Virus record (IMG/VR): IMGVR_UViG_3300018875_000006
Location: 1-63,484 of that record
DNA: 63,484 bases
DNA from: a virus
Taxonomy: Duplodnaviria > Caudoviricetes
Reading direction: 5' to 3' (one strand)
The position numbers were made by a program, and so were the translations under genes. The notes beneath the pieces are model-generated. The model was not told the DNA's origin, did not search any database, and was given only the letters and a program-made list of their open reading frames with translations. Each line of letters opens with the position of its first letter. Position 1 is the stretch's first letter. Positions 55,620-63,484 of the stretch are shown here, piece after piece.

Positions 55620-56465
55620 TCAGGCTGCCTTTCGGGTGGGCTGCTGCTCGGCGGCGGGCGGCAGCAGGGCGGGATAGGTGGCCGGCGCGGCGTGCAGCCA
55701 CTTGGTGGTCTCCAGGGCGCCGCGGAAGGCTCGGTGGGCGCGCCGGTTGCCGGGCATCGGCACGAGAGCGTGGGATCGGGAGCGGAGGTTGAGGATCCCG
55801 GTGCGCTGCACGGCCGGGACGGGGTGCTCGCTGTCGTCGGGCAGCAGCACCGTCTCGGCATAGCGCAGGGCCGCCAGCTGCAGCGTGTACTCGGGATAGA
55901 CGGAGGAGGCGGGCCGGGTCGCCGACGTCTTGTAGTCGACGAGCCATGACTGCTTCGCCCTGCGCCCGCGGATGCGGCGCCAGCCTGTGCGCAGCAGCAT
56001 CACGACGTCGCCGGTGCCGGCGTAGCCGAGGCGGCGGTGCAGAAACGTCATCTCGGCGGCGAGGATGTCGTCGTCGAGGTCGACGTCCCAGCGCTGCCAG
56101 AACAGCACCAGTTGGCGGGCGTAGGGGTCGACCTCGGCGTCCTCCGGGTACGGGGCGCCGAGCGCCATCATGTGGGCGCGGTGGTGGATGCGGCTGCCGA
56201 GATCCTTGGCCTTGTCGCTGGCGTTGCGGTGAACGGCCTTGATCTCCCTGAGCAGTTCCTCGCGGTCGGTCACGGCTCGGCGGGCGACCTCGATGCGGTG
56301 CTCGAGCACCCATTCGGCGGTGAGCTTGACGGCCCACGGCGGGATGGCGTGCTTGGCGACGCCGACGGAGAGGACGTTGGTGACGGAGACGAGGTCCGGC
56401 CCGCCGGCTGGGTCGATGTAGTAGCGGCCGTTGTCGGTGTCCTTGGCGTACTTGGGGTCGGTCAT
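55620..56465 (-). CDS. PD-(D/E)XK (Cas4/RecB-like) exonuclease
   Basis: SVTNVL, GSRIH, YAGTGD, VDYKT, QLAA. Confidence 0.87.
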   Translation of the reverse strand: MTDPKYAKDTDNGRYYIDPAGGPDLVSVTNVLSVGVAKHAIPPWAVKLTAEWVLEHRIEVARRAVTDREELLREIKAVHRNASDKAKDLGSRIHHRAHMMALGAPYPEDAEVDPYARQLVLFWQRWDVDLDDDILAAEMTFLHRRLGYAGTGDVVMLLRTGWRRIRGRRAKQSWLVDYKTSATRPASSVYPEYTLQLAALRYAETVLLPDDSEHPVPAVQRTGILNLRSRSHALVPMPGNRRAHRAFRGALETTKWLHAAPATYPALLPPAAEQQPTRKAA

Positions 56466-56767
56466 GCGGCGCCGTCCAGGGGCATCGGGCGGGCGCACGG
56501 CTCGCACAGCTGCTCGTCGGTGAACGGGCCGTCCTCGCCACGGCAGCGGCTGCAGCGGATTGGTTCGGCGGCAGCGCCGATGAGGATGCAGCCGCCCTGC
56601 CCCATCCGGTTGCCGACCCGGTAGGTGGCGGCGACGTTGTAGGGGTACGGGGCGTCACCGTCGGCGAGCAGGTACTGAAGGTTGCCCTCCAGGCTGTCGC
56701 CGCTGGCGACCCGGGCCCGGATGTCGTCGAGGAGACTGACGAGTTCTGTGCGACCCATGTTCTGCAT
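56462..56767 (-). CDS. Hypothetical Zn-binding protein
   Basis: CSRC...CEPC; AGGAG RBS. Confidence 0.65.
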   Translation of the reverse strand: MQNMGRTELVSLLDDIRARVASGDSLEGNLQYLLADGDAPYPYNVAATYRVGNRMGQGGCILIGAAAEPIRCSRCRGEDGPFTDEQLCEPCARPMPLDGAA

Positions 56768-56891
56768 GTGAGGCTCCTGAGGGTGTGCGGGGTGGGGGCC
56801 GCCGCCCCGGGACGGGGAGGTTGCGGGGCGGCGGCCGGGGTGCCGCGGAGCGCTGGGGGTCGCTCAACGCGGCCGATGTGGGGGCTGCGGA

Positions 56892-58007
56892 TCAGGCGGC
56901 TGCAGCCTTGGCGGGGTCGCGGACGGGGGTGACGAGGTACTGGAAGGTGGGCTCGTCGATCGCCGCGTGGATGAGGGCGGGCTTGGCGTAGGTGGTGAGG
57001 TCGATCGCGACCTTGCCGTCGATGGGGGTCAGCCCGTCGAGGAGGAAGCGCGGATTAAACGCCACGTCGAAGGAGTCGGCACCTTCGAGCTGGCAGTCGA
57101 TGCGGGCTTTGCCGGTGGCTCGGGTGTTGCGTAGCGCCTGGACGGTCATGTGGTCGCTGGCCATGGACAGTTCGATCGCCTGGTGGCCTTCGAGGAGGAG
57201 CCCGATGCGGCGGAGTGCCTCCCGAAGTTCCTCAACGTCGCACGTGGCGGTCGCCGTGTAGTCCTTCGGGAAGGCCCGGTCGGCGTTGGGGAACTTGTCG
57301 ACGGGTAGCAGCCGGGAGACGGAGGTCCGGTTGCCGGCCTGCACGCCCGCCGAGCCGACAGTGAGCGCCAGGTCGACCGCTTCGGCCGCGCCCGCTGTCT
57401 TGGCGATGTCGACCAGGCCCTGCCCAGGGAGCAGGGCGGAGACGGCGTCCCCGCTCTGCTGCCACGGGATGTACTGCAGAGCGACCCGGTACCGGTCGGT
57501 GGCCATAACCTGCAGCCGGTCATCCATCGGTTGCAGGCGGATGCCGCCCAGTTCGGGCATGGCCTGCGTCTGATAGTCGACGGCCGGGGCGACGTTGGCG
57601 ACCGCGGTGGCGAACAGGTCGCCCGGGACGCTGCCGGACAGAGCCGGCATGGACGGCAGGCTCGGATAGCTGTGGACGTCGAGCGGGTTGAGGTGGAAGT
57701 CATTCTGCCCGGCGACCAGGTCGACGCCGCTGTCGCTGCTACTGATCTCCACCTGCGTCGGGGGCAGCGCGCTGAGGATGTCGGCGAAGATCCGGCCCGA
57801 CACTGCGGCCTTCCCGTCGTCGATGACGTTCGCGTCGACGGTGACGGACGCGGACACCTCGACGGAGCTGTAGGCGACGGTCAGTTGGTCGCCGTCCGCG
57901 GTGAGCAGTACAGCGAGGGCGGTCGGGTCGATGCCCTTCGTGGGGATGTGGCGGGCGATCCAGCGGGCGGCGTCCGCCAGCTCCGCCTGCTCGATTTGAA
58001 GCTTCAC
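56892..58007 (-). CDS. dnaN: DNA polymerase III beta sliding clamp
   Basis: 371 aa; ATDRYR, FNPRFLLDGL, YLVTPVR. Confidence 0.9.
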   Translation of the reverse strand: MKLQIEQAELADAARWIARHIPTKGIDPTALAVLLTADGDQLTVAYSSVEVSASVTVDANVIDDGKAAVSGRIFADILSALPPTQVEISSSDSGVDLVAGQNDFHLNPLDVHSYPSLPSMPALSGSVPGDLFATAVANVAPAVDYQTQAMPELGGIRLQPMDDRLQVMATDRYRVALQYIPWQQSGDAVSALLPGQGLVDIAKTAGAAEAVDLALTVGSAGVQAGNRTSVSRLLPVDKFPNADRAFPKDYTATATCDVEELREALRRIGLLLEGHQAIELSMASDHMTVQALRNTRATGKARIDCQLEGADSFDVAFNPRFLLDGLTPIDGKVAIDLTTYAKPALIHAAIDEPTFQYLVTPVRDPAKAAAA

Positions 58008-59203
58008 GACGCCTCCGCAAGGGCTCGCAGACTGCGGTGCTGTTCTTCGGTGATCAGGCCCTTAGCGAGCCACTCGTCATCCAGGGAGCCCTGGATGAGG
58101 CCGCCGCCGACACACTTCGCGCACGCCGGGGCGGGCACGATCTCCTCAGGCCCGGCGGGCTGCGGATTGAAGTCGGACGGCGGGGGTGTCCCCCATTTCC
58201 ATGCGGCGATGCCGGCCTCGCGGACGATCCGCTGCTCTTCCCGGATCCGCTCGGCGACCTGCGGGTAGAAGAACCCGATCTCATCGAGCTCGTTGGGCTT
58301 GGCGTAGCAGCCGCAGGTGCAGTCGCCGGACATGTGCAGGTTGGCGGTGACTTCGTTCAGCGGCAGCGCCTGCTCGAAGCACATGCGGTGAATCTCGTGC
58401 TTGTGGACCTTGTGGCAGCGCCAGCGGGCCCGGTACTCACGCATGTGGGCGTTGGTCCAGTGGACGAGTGCCGACACCCAGACGATCGCCCGCTTCTGGT
58501 CGATCTCCTCGGCGTTCTTGAAGCGCTTGTCGGACTCGTCCCACCTCATGCCGGCGATGTACAGCACCTTCTTGCGGGTGCCTTCGGTGCCGACGTACTG
58601 CTTGCGCAGCGCCTGCAGCGGCTGGTCCTTGAGTCGCATGTACATCACGTTGTGCGGCTGGCCGTTGCCCCCCGGGCCGGGGAAGCCGCGCCAGACAGGG
58701 CGGCCCACGTTCGGCGGCCGCGTCGACCGCACGTTGCCGAGGACCAGGTCCAGATAGGTGACCTTGGGGTGGAGCTCCAGCAGCTTGGTGCTCCACATCG
58801 CGGCGACCTCGCGGACGTGCTGCGTTGTCTGGGGGATGGCGATGCCGGTGTTGACGTGCACCATGCCCTTGAAGTGGTGCCGGAAGAGAGGCCGGTCGGC
58901 GAGGTAGCGGCGCAACATGTGCTGCAAGATCACCGAGTCGTTGCCGCCCGAGTACAGGCCGAACATCCCGGCAAGCTCTCGCGGGCCGTGGTTCTGCACC
59001 CGCCCCTTCTCGCTGACCGTGATCGCGTCGCCGGTCGAGTACTTCACGATGGCCTGGTCGAGGAGCTCGAACGTTCGCTGCTCGGCCTCCTCCAACGTGC
59101 GGGCCTTCCACGCCTCGTCGCCCGAGGCCTTCGGCGGCTTTTTCTCGACGCCATCCGGCATGCCGGGCAGCATCTCCCCGCCGTCACGGGCGCGGGACCT
59201 CAC
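58004..59203 (-). CDS. PAPS-reductase-family (adenine nucleotide alpha-hydrolase) protein
   Basis: YSGGNDS PP-loop, HVNTG, GMRWDES, CTCGC. Confidence 0.82.
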   Translation of the reverse strand: MRSRARDGGEMLPGMPDGVEKKPPKASGDEAWKARTLEEAEQRTFELLDQAIVKYSTGDAITVSEKGRVQNHGPRELAGMFGLYSGGNDSVILQHMLRRYLADRPLFRHHFKGMVHVNTGIAIPQTTQHVREVAAMWSTKLLELHPKVTYLDLVLGNVRSTRPPNVGRPVWRGFPGPGGNGQPHNVMYMRLKDQPLQALRKQYVGTEGTRKKVLYIAGMRWDESDKRFKNAEEIDQKRAIVWVSALVHWTNAHMREYRARWRCHKVHKHEIHRMCFEQALPLNEVTANLHMSGDCTCGCYAKPNELDEIGFFYPQVAERIREEQRIVREAGIAAWKWGTPPPSDFNPQPAGPEEIVPAPACAKCVGGGLIQGSLDDEWLAKGLITEEQHRSLRALAEAS

Positions 59204-59388
59204 TGGTCGTCTCCGCCCTGCTCGAACGGAAGCTCCTCGCGCTGCTGCGGGAGGAAGGCCGGTGGAGCGGTGAACGGGCTGCGCCCAGGCGCAAAGCCGA
59301 GGCATTCCTGGCAGGCCGGTCGGGGCTCCGTCTCCGGCGGCGGGGTGATGGCGTCGAGCGGGAACAGAGACAGCTGCTTGGCCTTCAT
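59200..59388 (-). CDS. Small hypothetical protein
   Basis: GAAGGA RBS; MKAKQLSLF... Confidence 0.55.
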   Translation of the reverse strand: MKAKQLSLFPLDAITPPPETEPRPACQECLGFAPGRSPFTAPPAFLPQQREELPFEQGGDDQ

Positions 59389-59497
59389 GTCTTCTTCCTT
59401 CTGGGATGCTGGTGGTGGGCCCCCGCCCGCTGGACCCGGGTGGGGTTCTTTCTTGGGCGCCGCCCCGCCGACCGGTGACATCCGGCAGGGCGGCGGG

Positions 59498-59680
59498 TCA
59501 GAGGGCGTCGCCGCAGAGGTCGTCGTCGATGTCGACGAGGCCGGCCTGGACGGACGCAACCAGGTCCGGGTCGGTGATCCAGGCGGGCACGCGGCGCGGG
59601 GTGATACCGAGACCGGACAGCAGGCCCGGCACTATCACCGGATCCGCGGCGACCGGAGTCGACGGCAAGTCGAGGATCAT
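59498..59680 (-). CDS. Small hypothetical protein
   Basis: ATGA-coupled; MILDLPS... Confidence 0.6.
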   Translation of the reverse strand: MILDLPSTPVAADPVIVPGLLSGLGITPRRVPAWITDPDLVASVQAGLVDIDDDLCGDAL

Positions 59681-60366
59681 GAGGTCGACTCCGCAGCTCG
59701 TGCGGGCAAGCACTTCAGCGCCTCGTCGATCGCGCTCCGCTTGGCCTCGTCGTCGTGCATCGGCCTGTTCCAGCCGCAGTTGGTGCACCAGAACTCGGCC
59801 GGTTCCGGCTTCGACTGGAAGTCGCGACACAGCGGACGCGGGTTGTTCGGCACGTTGCGTGCGGCGCTGGCCTCGGGGCTGGTGTCCGTCGCGCGGAAGG
59901 GGTCGATGTGGCTGAGGGCGATACAGGCGCTGTGCCCGTCGACCCAGACGACGCTGGTGTGGCCTCCCAGCACGGTGGCCTTGCTGCGCGTCCGGGTGAC
60001 GAGACGGGTGGCGTTGCGGTCATCCTCCGGGCGGCAGCCGGGGTAGGCGAGCACCGGGGTGCCCACCGGGTAGCGGGCGTTGAACTCGTCGACGCGGCGC
60101 TGCAGCTCGGCCTGCTCGGCTTCCTTCTTGGCCTGCTCGGCTTCCTTCTTGGCCCGGTAGTCAGCCTCGACCTTCTCCCGGTGCGCCCGGATCAGGGCGC
60201 GGGCCTCGTCGTCGGTGACCCCGGCCTCGCGCAGCGGCTGGCACGGCCACGCGATCGGGTCGTCGAAGCTGTCCTCGTCGTCGGGCGTGCAGTGCAGGCA
60301 GTAGAACCCGCCGAAGATCAGCTCGTCCCAGTCGTGCAGCTTCAGGAGCTCGGCGCGGTCGCTCAT
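59677..60366 (-). CDS. Hypothetical mosaic protein
   Basis: CLHC; FNARYPVGTPV domain; duplicated AKKEAEQ. Confidence 0.7.
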   Translation of the reverse strand: MSDRAELLKLHDWDELIFGGFYCLHCTPDDEDSFDDPIAWPCQPLREAGVTDDEARALIRAHREKVEADYRAKKEAEQAKKEAEQAELQRRVDEFNARYPVGTPVLAYPGCRPEDDRNATRLVTRTRSKATVLGGHTSVVWVDGHSACIALSHIDPFRATDTSPEASAARNVPNNPRPLCRDFQSKPEPAEFWCTNCGWNRPMHDDEAKRSAIDEALKCLPARAAESTS

Positions 60367-61094
60367 GCCGCCACCTCCGCCTGCTTGCGGGCGGCGTCGT
60401 ATTGGGCGATGGCCCACACGGCGGCGTGGCACTGGTAGACGAAGTGGTAGTTCAGCTTGTCGAGGTTCCAGTCGCCGACGTCGGAGAAGGCGAAGCCGCC
60501 GGTCTCGCGGACCTTGACCTTGTGGTCACCTGCCGGACGGTGCCGGTAGAACTCCCAGGTGACCGCTTCGTCGTAGGAGTCGTGGTCCTTGAAGGCGCCG
60601 CAGGTGCACTCGGCGCGGTAGGTGACGCCGTGCTCGAAGTCGTAGACCATCTGCATGGCCCAGTCCCGCGAGTGCAGTCGGTCGCTTCCCAGGATCTGTT
60701 CACGGACTGCAGCGCGCAGACCGCGCGGGGCGCCTTCCTTGACCGCGTCCGCGACCTCGTCCTTGATCTGAGCGATCAGACGGTCCCGGTCGTACTCGCG
60801 GACGCTGTCGGCGCCGTTGACGAGCTTCGATGCCCACCGGTCCGGCTCGACCCGGATCCCGCGCAGCCAGTCGAACATGTCCTCGCTGTCCGGGCCGAAG
60901 CGCTCGAAGTGGAACGAACCGTGCGAGCCGGCCACCAGCAGGTTGTACGGCCAGGTCACCAGGATGATCCGCGACCAGCCCTTCAGGGCCGTGAACTCGA
61001 CGTGCCGGTACAGGCCGTCCTCGCGGAGTTCGGTCAGCTTGCCGTCCTTCAGATCGCGGGCGACATGGGCGGCGATCTCGGCGTAGTCGGTCAT
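60363..61094 (-). CDS. Hypothetical protein
   Basis: EDGLYRHV...TWP...C.A..WAI..YD. Confidence 0.78.
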   Translation of the reverse strand: MTDYAEIAAHVARDLKDGKLTELREDGLYRHVEFTALKGWSRIILVTWPYNLLVAGSHGSFHFERFGPDSEDMFDWLRGIRVEPDRWASKLVNGADSVREYDRDRLIAQIKDEVADAVKEGAPRGLRAAVREQILGSDRLHSRDWAMQMVYDFEHGVTYRAECTCGAFKDHDSYDEAVTWEFYRHRPAGDHKVKVRETGGFAFSDVGDWNLDKLNYHFVYQCHAAVWAIAQYDAARKQAEVAA

Positions 61095-61327
61095 CGGGTC
61101 GCCTTCCTGGCGCGTCGGTTGTCGGCTTCGCGGGCGGCGACCCACTCGGCGAACCCCGGGTAGTCGGCGTCGGTGGCCAGCGGGGCCGTGGGGTGCAGCA
61201 GCTTCACGTCGAGCCGGTAGACCAGCTGGTCCTTCGGGTCGGTCGCCTTCGCGGCGGCGGCCAGGAAGCAGGCCTCGGTCTCAACCTCGGCCAGCGGCAC
61301 GTCGAGGGCGTCGATACGGCGCGTCAT
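61091..61327 (-). CDS. Hypothetical protein
   Basis: Coupled ORF. Confidence 0.68.
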   Translation of the reverse strand: MTRRIDALDVPLAEVETEACFLAAAAKATDPKDQLVYRLDVKLLHPTAPLATDADYPGFAEWVAAREADNRRARKATR

Positions 61328-61680
61328 CGGGAGCCTCCGCCCGAGCAGGTGCAGCGGGTCGTCATTCCGGAGACGTAGGCGCAGAGCTCTGCGTGGCCAC
61401 CACGGGGCGGGAACGGCTCCTCGGTGCGGGCGGCGTACACGGCCTCGCGGTGGTCGTCCATCGCGGCGTTGCGGCTACCTGCCGCCTTCGAGGAGTGGCT
61501 GATCACGTAGCCGCCGAGGAAGAACCCGGCGTGCCGCTTGTCGGAGCTCTCGTCGAAGATGACGGTGTCGTAGTAGCCGCCGCCGATACGGATGGTAGAT
61601 ACGAGCAGGTTCTTGGTGTCCGTTACGACCGGTGTCTGCCGGACGATGTCCGGGAGGGTTCGTGAGATGCTGGGAGTCAC
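61324..61680 (-). CDS. Hypothetical protein
   Basis: AGGGAG RBS; coupled ORF. Confidence 0.65.
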   Translation of the reverse strand: MTPSISRTLPDIVRQTPVVTDTKNLLVSTIRIGGGYYDTVIFDESSDKRHAGFFLGGYVISHSSKAAGSRNAAMDDHREAVYAARTEEPFPPRGGHAELCAYVSGMTTRCTCSGGGSR

Positions 61681-61767
61681 GCGACTCCCTCCTTTCGCTC
61701 TGGTAGGGGGTTGTTCGCGTCGAGGTCGCCCGGACTTGGCCGTTGGGGCGGCCTCTTTGCATGCCGC

Positions 61768-62037
61768 TCAGGCAGCGGCGCGGGCCGGGCGGCGGCGGGC
61801 GGTTCGCGGGAGGGCGACGAGTCGGGTGGCCTCGTGGTAGGCGTCCAGGTCGGCGCGGGAGACGCGGATCGTGCCGCCCTTCGCGCTCTGACTGCACGGG
61901 AGCAGGCCGGCCTCGATGTAGCGGCGGACCGTGGGGACGCTGCAGTCCAGGATCCAGGCCACCTCGCGGATGTTGAAGAAGGGGGCGTTGAGGTCCCGGG
62001 GCTTAGTGGGGGTCCGCGGGGAATGCTTGGTGGGCAC
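61768..62037 (-). CDS. Excisionase-like HTH protein
   Basis: FNIREVAWILDCSVPTVRRYIEAGLL...IRVSRADLDAY. Confidence 0.82.
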   Translation of the reverse strand: MPTKHSPRTPTKPRDLNAPFFNIREVAWILDCSVPTVRRYIEAGLLPCSQSAKGGTIRVSRADLDAYHEATRLVALPRTARRRPARAAA

Positions 62038-62038
62038 G

Positions 62039-62284
62039 TCACTTCCTTTCTGGCGGGTGGGCGTGGGGGGCGAGGAGTTCGTCGTCGGTCGCGTCCAGGG
62101 CGGCTCTGAGCCGTATGTACGGCTTGGGGCTCATGTGTCTGCGGGTGCCGCGTTCGAGCTTTCGCAGGTAGTTCGCGGTGATGCCGACGAGGTCGGCGAG
62201 CTGATTGACTTCCATCCCCGCTTGCATGCGCTTGGTGCAGATAGCCGTCCCGTCCACCTCGAAGGTGGTTGGGGTTTGTGCCAT
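62039..62284 (-). CDS. Cro-like XRE regulator
   Basis: HTH; first gene of leftward early operon, divergent from repressor. Confidence 0.83.
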   Translation of the reverse strand: MAQTPTTFEVDGTAICTKRMQAGMEVNQLADLVGITANYLRKLERGTRRHMSPKPYIRLRAALDATDDELLAPHAHPPERK

Positions 62285-62461
62285 GCCAAGAAGTTACCTA
62301 TACATGCCCACCCTGTCTACCCACAGGCGCTGATTAGATGCCCATCTGTACTCAGGTGATACCTCTAGATGCGCGTTGACCTGCGCGAACGTGGGGTCAA
62401 GATTGGGCCTAAGTGCCTCCCAGTCCTGGCTGGTCCCCGCCAGTCCTGCCAAGATGAGCCC

Positions 62462-62896
62462 ATGCCACCCACCCACGAACGTGACTACGCGCGGCTGGCA
62501 GCCATCGCCAGGCGTCGCCGGGCCGAACTGGGGCTCGCGTTGAATGACGCGAACGCCAAAGCGGCCGGCATGTCCAACCGCACCTGGCAGCGCGTCGAGA
62601 AGGGTCTCCCTATCCGCGAGACCAACTACGTGAAGATCGACGGAGCGCTGCAGTGGGCACCGGGGAGTTCCCTGCAGGTGCTCGAAGGCGGCGAACCGGT
62701 ACCGGTGAGCGACATGGCGGACGCCGACGCCGCCAGTGTCCAGAAGTCACCGGTGCCGCAAGAGGTCATCGACGAGGAGGTCCGTGATGTCGTACAGCTG
62801 GCACTGATCGCTACGGCGAAGGGGACGACAGCCGAGGAGATCCGTGAGATCAGCGATCGGGTCGTGCGCGACCTGCGGGAACGGGGCCTGGTCTGA
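62462..62896 (+). CDS. Immunity (CI-like) repressor
   Basis: HTH (RRRRAELGL...AGMSNRTWQRVEKG); divergent from cro and upstream of int. Confidence 0.85.
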   Translation: MPPTHERDYARLAAIARRRRAELGLALNDANAKAAGMSNRTWQRVEKGLPIRETNYVKIDGALQWAPGSSLQVLEGGEPVPVSDMADADAASVQKSPVPQEVIDEEVRDVVQLALIATAKGTTAEEIREISDRVVRDLRERGLV

Positions 62897-63056
62897 CCGA
62901 AGTTCACTCGATCGGCGTACAACCTTCCGGCCGTTACCATTCCGTTACTTACTTTCCGTGCATCACTCAGTCCTAAGTAGTCCCATCAGCAACAAAACGT
63001 GGCACAGTCGTGACACGCCCTTGGAGGCTTCCCTTCCGAAGACATAAGGGGGAGCC

Positions 63057-63260
63057 ATGCAGCAAAAGGACGCGCTCATAGTCGACTACGGGCCAGCCTT
63101 CGACGGGGCGGCAGCCCGTACCGATGGAGGGATCGTCTGCGTGGTTCCGATCCAGATCCGCAACAAGCCTGAAGCTCAGGCGTCGATGCGGGAGATGGTG
63201 AGGGACCTTGGTGGTGAGTGTGGTCACTGCCCGCACTGTCCCCTGGGGCAGGCGAGCTGA
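63057..63260 (+). CDS. Small Cys-rich protein between repressor and integrase
   Basis: AGGGGGAG RBS; CGHCPHCP C-terminus. Confidence 0.72.
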   Translation: MQQKDALIVDYGPAFDGAAARTDGGIVCVVPIQIRNKPEAQASMREMVRDLGGECGHCPHCPLGQAS

Positions 63261-63334
63261 GATCATGACGACGCGGAGGCACGGCGGGAAGGGGTACCCG
63301 CCGGCCCCCGCGCCACCAGCACCAAGGGGGCAAC

Positions 63335-63484
63335 ATGGCCAGACGCGCGAGGGACGTCTACACCGAATGGCGCGGCGGCACCTGCCGCGTGAAGTGGTGG
63401 ACGGGCGAGTACCACGACGACGGCCGTAAGCGCTTCGAGTCCAAAGGCGGCTTCACCGACGAGGACGAAGCCTACGACTTTACG
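63335..63484 (+). CDS. int: Tyrosine integrase N-terminus (MARRARDVYTEWRGGTCRVKWW...)
   Basis: ATG 63335 preceded by AAGGGGG; reads in frame through the terminal repeat into ORF 36..1271. Confidence 0.85.
   Translation, partial: MARRARDVYTEWRGGTCRVKWWTGEYHDDGRKRFESKGGFTDEDEAYDFT
63354..63479. repeat. Terminal direct repeat, copy 2
   Basis: Identical to 1-126, followed by TTACG (two extra T relative to copy 1, probably end noise). Confidence 0.95.

Larger units (their letters stand above)
1..63484. mobile_element. Complete temperate siphovirus genome / excised prophage of a probable Streptomyces host
   Basis: Integrase, cI/cro, replication, packaging, head, long tape measure and lysis modules all present; high GC; terminal overlap. 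Confidence 0.93.

Noticed and set aside
55620-56465. Cas4 as part of a CRISPR system
   Set aside because: Solo PD-(D/E)XK nuclease next to a recombination gene, the usual phage exonuclease pairing
60104-60153. 21-bp tandem duplication (AKKEAEQ x2)
   Set aside because: Short in-frame duplication in a coiled-coil linker with no sign of function

Overview
The window is an apparently complete ~63.35 kb temperate siphovirus (phage or excised prophage) of a high-GC actinomycete, most likely Streptomyces. Bases 1-126 are repeated exactly at 63354-63479, so the contig is probably a circle opened inside the tyrosine integrase gene (true start 63335). Modules in order: integrase and attP-like site (1-1.5 kb); an accessory island with XRE and GntR regulators, an acidic-HTH protein and a second tyrosine recombinase with its own palindrome (1.9-6.4 kb); lysis (6.4-8.7 kb); tail (8.7-20.7 kb); a glycosyltransferase coupled to the major capsid gene; head and packaging (21.8-29.2 kb); extra virion-type genes and a SAM methyltransferase upstream of terminase; a plasmid/AICE-like block with a TraB/FtsK translocase, clt-like 8-mer repeats, an SpdB-like membrane protein, a RapZ-CTD protein, duplicated tRNA-half-like elements and two Nudix genes (32.7-43.1 kb); a second repressor/antirepressor locus; lambda-style replication (initiator with iterons, DnaC-like, DnaB), DNA methylases, recombination genes, a beta clamp and a PAPS-reductase-like gene; and the xis/cro/cI switch. 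The strongest candidate for an undescribed system is a virion-forming phage that also carries a Streptomyces-type conjugative dsDNA transfer module. All product calls come from motifs and gene context read by eye; no database search was run.
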